Shown here: positions 19,301-24,914 of the stretch, piece after piece | Numbering within the stretch: position 1 is the first letter of the stretch | How the letters are laid out: each line of letters opens with the position of its first letter | IMG/VR virus record: IMGVR_UViG_3300005662_000186 | Span: 1-27,032 of that record | Length of the DNA stretch: 27,032 nucleotides | DNA from: a virus | Taxonomy: Duplodnaviria > Caudoviricetes | Direction: 5' to 3' (one strand) | Position numbers and translations under genes: made by a program | The notes under the pieces: model-generated | Database searches by the model: none | Seen by the model: only the letters and a program-made list of their open reading frames with translations | What the model was told of the DNA's origin: nothing

Positions 19301-19602
19301 AGGAGCACTCCTTCTGGCTGAAGTACAACGCAGGCCGCAGGAAGCCGGGCGGCAACCTGCGCTCCTCTGTTGACCACAAGTCTCTCGTTAGCCACGACAA
19401 GGGCGACACTAGGGACGCAATCACGCACCCCTTCGGCGAGAAGAAGGACCACTCGCCCAGCCTTAAGGACCTCACAGACGACCTGAAGGAGTCTGACATC
19501 AACGAGGTTGTCAACAGGTACACCACCTCAATGAGTGATGATCTCCAGGCGACCATACACTCACTTAAAGCTGGCCTAGGTAACAAAAAGGGCAACGAGT
19601 AG
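16330..19602 (+). CDS. Portal protein (T4 gp20-like), intein-containing precursor; about 687 aa after splicing
   Basis: [81 protein letters not shown] and EDIRFSRTI match gp20 portal motifs. Follows terL. Confidence 0.93.
   Translation: [1090 protein letters not shown]
17197..18405 (+). mobile_element. Intein (403 aa) with HNH homing endonuclease; atypical, class 3-like
   Basis: Removing it restores contiguous portal RYNPM|[11 protein letters not shown]. Block A [13 protein letters not shown], block B [12 protein letters not shown], block F VYCMTV...HNFAV, block G IFLRN followed by Ser +1. Confidence 0.92.
17524..17730 (+). other. HNH endonuclease domain inside the intein
   Basis: RGYERI...THVIVA...VVHHKH...[13 protein letters not shown]...EHRAMH is a phage-type HNH (HH-N-N-H) motif. 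Confidence 0.85.
18961..19143 (+). repeat. Pro/Gly low-complexity tract in the portal C-terminal extension
   Basis: [58 protein letters not shown]. Confidence 0.85.
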
Positions 19603-19604
19603 CT

Positions 19605-20456
19605 ATGTCCTCACGACACCACAACAAAAAGAGAAACACGGGCGTCGTCTACGAGCTGCTTTTGAGGCGCGTCTCTTCCTGTCTCATCGAGGGAGACAAG
19701 AAGAAGGCGCAGCTTTGCCTAGACATAATCTCCCGACATTTCAGGCCGGGCACTGAGCTCTACAGGGAGTTCAGGCTGTTCAACGCTCTCGCCAACAGCA
19801 ATGTCAGCGGGTCTCCTGTCGCAGCAGTGATCATAACCGAGGCGAAGGACGCCGCCAGGCGAGCTAATCGCGATCAGCTTGAGCTCGAGAAGGGACGCCT
19901 CATCTCTGAGATCAATCGAAAGCTTGGCGCAGACTTCTACGACACGCACTTCGACAGGTACAGGGACTACGCCACTATTCAGACGCTGCTCAACGACTGG
20001 AGAACTGTCAACTCTCCCCTTGAGAGAGTGATCTCATATGAGACGCGCCTCGTCGAGAGCATGATCGCACCCAGGCGCCAGGAGCCCGTTGCTGCGCAGA
20101 GCAGCAATCCCGAGGTGAACAGCCTCGTTGTCAATATCATGACAGAGAAGCTGAACAGGAAGTTCTCGTCTTCCATGACTGAGGAGCAGCGCTCAATAGT
20201 CAGAGACTACATCTTCTCCCCGCCTGGGACTGATCAGACAAAGCTGCGTGAGTCAATGAGGAGTGTCAAGGACAAGGCAGTCCAGGACCTCGGTGACTAC
20301 CTCTCGAGAGAGAGGAATGAGTACATCATGGAGCGCGCAGGCGAGGTCAAGCGAAGGCTTGAGGAGCTGAGCTTTGACGTCATAGACGACGACGCAGTTG
20401 TCAGGTTTCTGACAGCCTCCAAGCTCAGCCAAGAGATACGCGAAGGAGAGGCATGA
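19605..20456 (+). CDS. Hypothetical helical protein between portal and protease; probable prohead core protein
   Basis: 283 aa, N-terminal HNKKRNTG motif, many (I/L)xE motifs. Occupies the position of T4 core genes 67/68 (positional inference only). Confidence 0.6.
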   Translation: MSSRHHNKKRNTGVVYELLLRRVSSCLIEGDKKKAQLCLDIISRHFRPGTELYREFRLFNALANSNVSGSPVAAVIITEAKDAARRANRDQLELEKGRLISEINRKLGADFYDTHFDRYRDYATIQTLLNDWRTVNSPLERVISYETRLVESMIAPRRQEPVAAQSSNPEVNSLVVNIMTEKLNRKFSSSMTEEQRSIVRDYIFSPPGTDQTKLRESMRSVKDKAVQDLGDYLSRERNEYIMERAGEVKRRLEELSFDVIDDDAVVRFLTASKLSQEIREGEA

Positions 20457-21061
20457 TGGAAAAGAGGCTCCTCACAGAGTGGCAGCCGTTCGAGTACTCG
20501 CCCATCATGGTCGAGCAGTCCCGCTCCAACAACGGCGGGAAGATCATTATGAGCGGCATCATCCAGAAGGCTGACACGCTCAACCAGAACGGCCGCATCT
20601 ACCCAAGGGACATCCTCGAGCGGGAGATCCAGAACTACCAGAAGTTCATCAGAGAGAACAGGGCACTGGGAGAGTGCGACCACCCTGCCGCCTCTGTGGT
20701 TGAGCTCAAGAACGCCTCGCACATTGTGCGCTCAGCGAGAATGGAGAACGGGGTCGTGTACGGCACAGTTGAGCTGCTCAACACGCCGTCGGGAAAGATC
20801 CTCCAGAGCCTCGTGGAGTCAGGAGTCACTCTCGGCATATCCTCGCGCGGCGTCGGATCGACGAGGAAGCAGGGACAGCACGATGTCGTCCAGGACGACT
20901 TTCAGCTGATCTGCTTTGACATGGTCAGCGAGCCCTCGACTCCCGGCGCTTTCATGATTCGCGAGGGGAAGATTCACGAGAACGACCTGAGGAAGCACTT
21001 TAACAGGTCAGACCGGGTCGGTAGGATCTTCAATGAAATCCTGACCTGGGAGAAGAGATGA
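20453..21061 (+). CDS. Prohead maturation protease (T4 gp21-like)
   Basis: NQNGRIYP, ALGECDHP (His), GISSRGVGS (Ser), CFDMVSEPSTPGA (Asp). ATGA overlap and AAGGAG RBS. Confidence 0.93.
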   Translation: MMEKRLLTEWQPFEYSPIMVEQSRSNNGGKIIMSGIIQKADTLNQNGRIYPRDILEREIQNYQKFIRENRALGECDHPAASVVELKNASHIVRSARMENGVVYGTVELLNTPSGKILQSLVESGVTLGISSRGVGSTRKQGQHDVVQDDFQLICFDMVSEPSTPGAFMIREGKIHENDLRKHFNRSDRVGRIFNEILTWEKR

Positions 21062-21513
21062 CGAGGAACGACCTCAAGGACCTGATCAAGGAGTGCATTC
21101 TTGAGGTCATCACTGAGGGAGTGAGGAGTGAACGTGGTACCGCAATGGCGGCACCCGTCCGCGAGTCGCGGCAGAATCGCATGCCCGCAGCGTCTCCTGC
21201 GCCCCAGCGCAAGATGATCGGCGGCACAGTGCTCGACAGGCCAGCCCTTCCCACGAGGTCACAGCCTGCGCCTGCTCCCGCACCTGCCCGTATGGTGCAG
21301 ACCCTCACAGCTGACCCCACCCTCCAGAGCATCTTTGCTGACACTGCTGCCACAACGCTTCAGGAGCAGATCAGCGCCGAGAGGGGTGGACCTGTCCTAG
21401 CGGGTGGAGACGCTGCCGCGCATTTTGCCTCCAAGTCGGATCCGACCGATCTCTTTGGCGCCGCCGCGGCGAACTGGGCTGCACTCGCGTTCGCTGACGA
21501 GGTCAAGAAGTAA
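21058..21513 (+). CDS. Hypothetical head-cluster protein (151 aa)
   Basis: ATGA-coupled to the protease. N-terminal LKDLIKECILEVITE amphipathic helix, Pro/Ala linker, C-terminal NWAALAF. Confidence 0.7.
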   Translation: MTRNDLKDLIKECILEVITEGVRSERGTAMAAPVRESRQNRMPAASPAPQRKMIGGTVLDRPALPTRSQPAPAPAPARMVQTLTADPTLQSIFADTAATTLQEQISAERGGPVLAGGDAAAHFASKSDPTDLFGAAAANWAALAFADEVKK

Positions 21514-21524
21514 TTGCGGAGCTA

Positions 21525-21536
21525 GCGATATTTACG
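21525..21536 (+). promoter_or_regulatory. Candidate phage late promoter GCGATATTTACG
   Basis: Identical 12-mer at 23157-23168. Both copies are intergenic and just upstream of an RBS and ATG. Confidence 0.6.
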
Positions 21537-21552
21537 TGCGGAGGCTACGCCA

Positions 21553-21909
21553 ATGTCCCGCACAGTCGAGCTCACACCCCAGATTATCAGCCGCATCATC
21601 CAGGAAGAGCGGCAGAAGATTATTGCCGAGGCCCAGGCCAAGAAGAGCCACCAGCCCAAGGAGCCCACTGTCAAGGGCGGCAAGAAGTCAACTGTCCTTC
21701 CCGAGATCCAGCGGACCACAGACAAGGCCCGCAAGGCCATGCACCTCGCTGAGACTGAGACCGAGGCCGATGAGCTCGCCGGGTCCGTGATCAAGCAGGC
21801 GAAGCAGCTGAAGGAGATGCGCGAGATCGAGCGCAAGCTTCGCTCGCAGCTCGAGATTGTCGTCGAGAGCCGCATTGAGCTTGAGAAGCGGCTCGCAAAG
21901 GTCCTCTGA
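21553..21909 (+). CDS. Hypothetical coiled-coil head-cluster protein (118 aa)
   Basis: GGAGG RBS, ISRIIQEE helix, C-terminal coiled coil. Confidence 0.7.
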   Translation: MSRTVELTPQIISRIIQEERQKIIAEAQAKKSHQPKEPTVKGGKKSTVLPEIQRTTDKARKAMHLAETETEADELAGSVIKQAKQLKEMREIERKLRSQLEIVVESRIELEKRLAKVL

Positions 21910-21936
21910 GCATAGGTAAAGGGAAGGAGAGAGGAA

Positions 21937-22488
21937 ATGCCCACACACCGCCAAGCCACCGTTGAGGCCTTTGGTCCGCCGGGAGTCGGAGGAATGGGTC
22001 ATCGAACGGACGCGAATCTCCGCGCGGCGTTTCCTTTCTCGCCGCTCTACACAGAGTACACGACCACCGCGGTCAACAACGCGGGAATCGCAGTGCTGAA
22101 TGGGAATGGCGGTCCTGGCGACAGCCTTCCCAACATCGGCGTCTCAGGGGGCGTGGTCAATGACGGCGGCCACACCTTTGGGACCTTCGACCTGAACTAC
22201 GCGGGATCTCCCGACCAGGAGACGGTCACGACGGGCGGAGGTGGACTTCCTGCCTCTGGGTACATCCCCAACCTGTCCTCCACGACGCCGGGCAACGTTT
22301 CTCCCTCCGCTCAGCCAGAGTACGCAGGCACTCTTCCAACGGCAGGCGTTGAGTTCGGTGTGGGCCTTGGTGGAACTGCCAAGCCCGCTGCGACCTCACC
22401 GAACATCGCGGGCCAGACAATCGGCTCCTACATTCGAGGCAGGTCTTACAGCGGCTCTGGAGGGCTGCCTGATCCGGGCGGTGCGTGA
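21937..22488 (+). CDS. Gly/Pro/Thr-rich hypothetical protein, possibly a capsid-associated structural protein (183 aa)
   Basis: Purine-rich RBS (GGAAGGAGAGAGG). Composition suggests an extended virion protein. No family recognised. Confidence 0.65.
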   Translation: MPTHRQATVEAFGPPGVGGMGHRTDANLRAAFPFSPLYTEYTTTAVNNAGIAVLNGNGGPGDSLPNIGVSGGVVNDGGHTFGTFDLNYAGSPDQETVTTGGGGLPASGYIPNLSSTTPGNVSPSAQPEYAGTLPTAGVEFGVGLGGTAKPAATSPNIAGQTIGSYIRGRSYSGSGGLPDPGGA

Positions 22489-23132
22489 TGCTGCTCAGGG
22501 AGTTCTTCCCTGGATTTATGGACGACCGCCACGGTACGTCCTACGGATCAAAAAACCCCAAGGGGTCGGGAAGACAGTGGAAGGCGGGTGGCACCTATCC
22601 CTACAAGGCGCCACCTAAGCCTCACACTGAGGTCGAGGACGATCCCGAGGATCTTGAGGCGGGATCTGTCCGCCTGATCTCTCGCTTTCGCAGCAAGGTG
22701 TCGCCGAGCGGCTCACCCAGAAGCGACATGGGACAGACCCGCGTCGATGTCGGCAACTTCCTTGGTCAGACCGGCACCTTCAACGCTCTTGCGGAGAGAG
22801 CGATGGGATTCATGCCGAGCAGCATAGTGCCGCTGCCCGGCTTCAATCGCATGACGGCGATGCACCAGGATCCTAACGCTCCTGTCCAGATACCACGCCT
22901 CACAACAGGACCCGGCGTCAAGCACGCGACTGGGACACCCTACGGGACGAGGCACGCCAGCTTTGCTGCTGGAGACGACCTCCTCACGTTCAACCCGGGC
23001 GCGGGCGACGTCCTCCCGGATCGCGATCAACGCGGTCTGATAAAGGCGCTGAGGCGCTTCAGGGAGCTCCAGCGGCGAAACTATGAGCCCACTGATGCTG
23101 ACAATCCTGTCATCGTCGGTGAGAGAGCGTAG
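22485..23132 (+). CDS. Hypothetical protein (about 215 aa), probably disordered
   Basis: GTGA/TGATG overlap with the previous stop (start 22485 or 22488). Fills the gap before the scaffold. Begins LLRE. Confidence 0.6.
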   Translation: MMLLREFFPGFMDDRHGTSYGSKNPKGSGRQWKAGGTYPYKAPPKPHTEVEDDPEDLEAGSVRLISRFRSKVSPSGSPRSDMGQTRVDVGNFLGQTGTFNALAERAMGFMPSSIVPLPGFNRMTAMHQDPNAPVQIPRLTTGPGVKHATGTPYGTRHASFAAGDDLLTFNPGAGDVLPDRDQRGLIKALRRFRELQRRNYEPTDADNPVIVGERA

Positions 23133-23156
23133 CACCTCATGAAAATCGTCATCGTG

Positions 23157-23168
23157 GCGATATTTACG
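23157..23168 (+). promoter_or_regulatory. Candidate phage late promoter GCGATATTTACG
   Basis: Exact copy of 21525-21536, 17 nt before the scaffold ATG. Confidence 0.6.
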
Positions 23169-23185
23169 GGACGAGGCACTGATCG

Positions 23186-24886
23186 ATGAGCAGCAGTTTG
23201 TTCCAAGAGGCGCTGGCAGATGCGAGGCAACTCAGAGAAGTTGCTGAGCAGAATGCTAAGAATGCCATCATCGACTCTGTTACGCCCAAGATCAGGCAGT
23301 TCATCGAGGAGCAGCTTCTCGAGGGTGCCAAGAAGGACGTGGTTGAGGAGGTCGAAGATCTCGACCTCGATGTTGATGGTGACACGCCCATCAGCGACGC
23401 TGACACGCTTATGGAGAGGAATCAGCTGCTGCGGTCCATGGACGGCATAGTTGAGAGTCTCACCCCTGAGGAGAGCCTCGCTCTGATCTCGGTCGTCGAG
23501 AAGATGCGGGTCGGACCTCAAACATCTGGGATCTCCGATTCTCGGAAGATCTCGTCTGACGTGAGATCTACTCACATCGTAAAGGAGAACGCTGCTATGC
23601 AGAAAGAAAAGGTGTACGAGGTCGATCTCGCGGAGCTGATGTCAGGCGGGGTCGGAGACGAGGGCGAGCACATGATGGAGCTCGATGACCCTCAGACGAT
23701 GGACGAGTTTGATGCCGCCATGGCGTCTGAGGGGCGCGGCAAGCACGCCAAGCACTCCATGGAGGACGATTACGCCATGGACGAGATGGGCGCTGACGAC
23801 GAGATGGCCGACCTCTACGAGTCTCTCGCGGCTCTCTTCGAGGCCGAGGAGGACGAGGGTGAGTCCGACGACGACACGCCCGTTGACGCAGAGGGTCCCG
23901 AGGGCGGCATGCCTGAGACTGAGGAGATGGAGGAGGGCGGCGTCGCCGACCAGCTCAACACCCTCATCCAGCTCGTCCAGGACATGAAGGGCGAGGTCGA
24001 CGAGATCAAGGCCGCTATGGAGTCCGGCGCTGGCGCCGCTCCTGCTGAGCCCGAGGGCATGCCTGATATGCCTGAGCCTCCTTCCATGGGCGGCGAGGAG
24101 ATGGGCGGCGAGCTTCCTCCGGGCGCTGAGCCCGCTCCAGAGATGGGAGGCAAGAAGGAGGAGACCGTCTACCGTGTCAACGAGTCGATCCTCCTCCGCG
24201 AGCTCAGCAAGCTCCGCGAGGGGAAGAACCTCGGCACTGGCATGACCCCGGCCAAGAAGGCAGGCGTCGCCAGCGGCTCCAAGTTCATCAGCGAGAAGAA
24301 CCTCGGCACGGGCATGACCCCTGCCAAGAGGTCGGGCGCGGCGAGCGCCTCTAAGTTCCTCTCAGAGGAGGCCCCCGAGGAGGAGGGCATGCACCTCGAG
24401 GAGACTGAGGAGGGCGCCAAGCACAAGAAGGGTTCTGCCAACGGAAACGGAAACGGAAACGGAAACGGCAAGTTGGCGGTCGAAAAGGTCATGAAGCAGA
24501 ATCGTGACCTTAAGGAGAGTCTCAGCAGGCACGCCGAGGCGGTTGACACGCTTCGCGCGCAGCTTACCGAGATGAATCTGTTCAATGCCAAGCTTCTGTA
24601 CGTCAATAGGCTCCTTCAGGATCGCGATCTCTCCGACGCGCAGCGCCGGACGATCATCGAGTCGCTCGATCGCGCCCGGAGCCTCCGTGAGGTGAAGCTG
24701 CTGTACAAGGGTCTGTCTGAGTCCATCGGTCGCAACCGCGGCAGGACAGGCGCTTCTGTGGTCAATGAGTCAGTCAATAGGGCTGTCAGCCCCACATCCC
24801 GCCCGCTCTCCACCTCAGGCGTCCGCCTGACAGAGGCGGTCGAGGTGCAGCGCTGGTCAGTCCTCGCAGGCATCAACAAGGCCTAA
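23186..24886 (+). CDS. Prohead scaffolding/core protein (566 aa)
   Basis: Directly upstream of the capsid gene. Very acidic, Met-rich and disordered middle, C-terminal coiled coil (LRAQLTEMNLFNAKLLYVNRLL), terminal RWSVLAGI, many (I/L)xE motifs. Confidence 0.75.
   Translation: MSSSLFQEALADARQLREVAEQNAKNAIIDSVTPKIRQFIEEQLLEGAKKDVVEEVEDLDLDVDGDTPISDADTLMERNQLLRSMDGIVESLTPEESLALISVVEKMRVGPQTSGISDSRKISSDVRSTHIVKENAAMQKEKVYEVDLAELMSGGVGDEGEHMMELDDPQTMDEFDAAMASEGRGKHAKHSMEDDYAMDEMGADDEMADLYESLAALFEAEEDEGESDDDTPVDAEGPEGGMPETEEMEEGGVADQLNTLIQLVQDMKGEVDEIKAAMESGAGAAPAEPEGMPDMPEPPSMGGEEMGGELPPGAEPAPEMGGKKEETVYRVNESILLRELSKLREGKNLGTGMTPAKKAGVASGSKFISEKNLGTGMTPAKRSGAASASKFLSEEAPEEEGMHLEETEEGAKHKKGSANGNGNGNGNGKLAVEKVMKQNRDLKESLSRHAEAVDTLRAQLTEMNLFNAKLLYVNRLLQDRDLSDAQRRTIIESLDRARSLREVKLLYKGLSESIGRNRGRTGASVVNESVNRAVSPTSRPLSTSGVRLTEAVEVQRWSVLAGINKA
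24224..24367 (+). repeat. Two tandem 72-bp (24-aa) repeats in the scaffold gene
   Basis: KNLGTGMTPAKKAGVASGSKFISE / KNLGTGMTPAKRSGAASASKFLSE. Confidence 0.9.
24440..24469 (+). repeat. Hexamer microsatellite (AACGGA)x4 + AACGGC encoding (Asn-Gly)5
   Basis: Read directly from the sequence. Confidence 0.95.
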
Positions 24887-24914
24887 CACCCCACTATCAT
24901 CAGGAGATAAGCAC

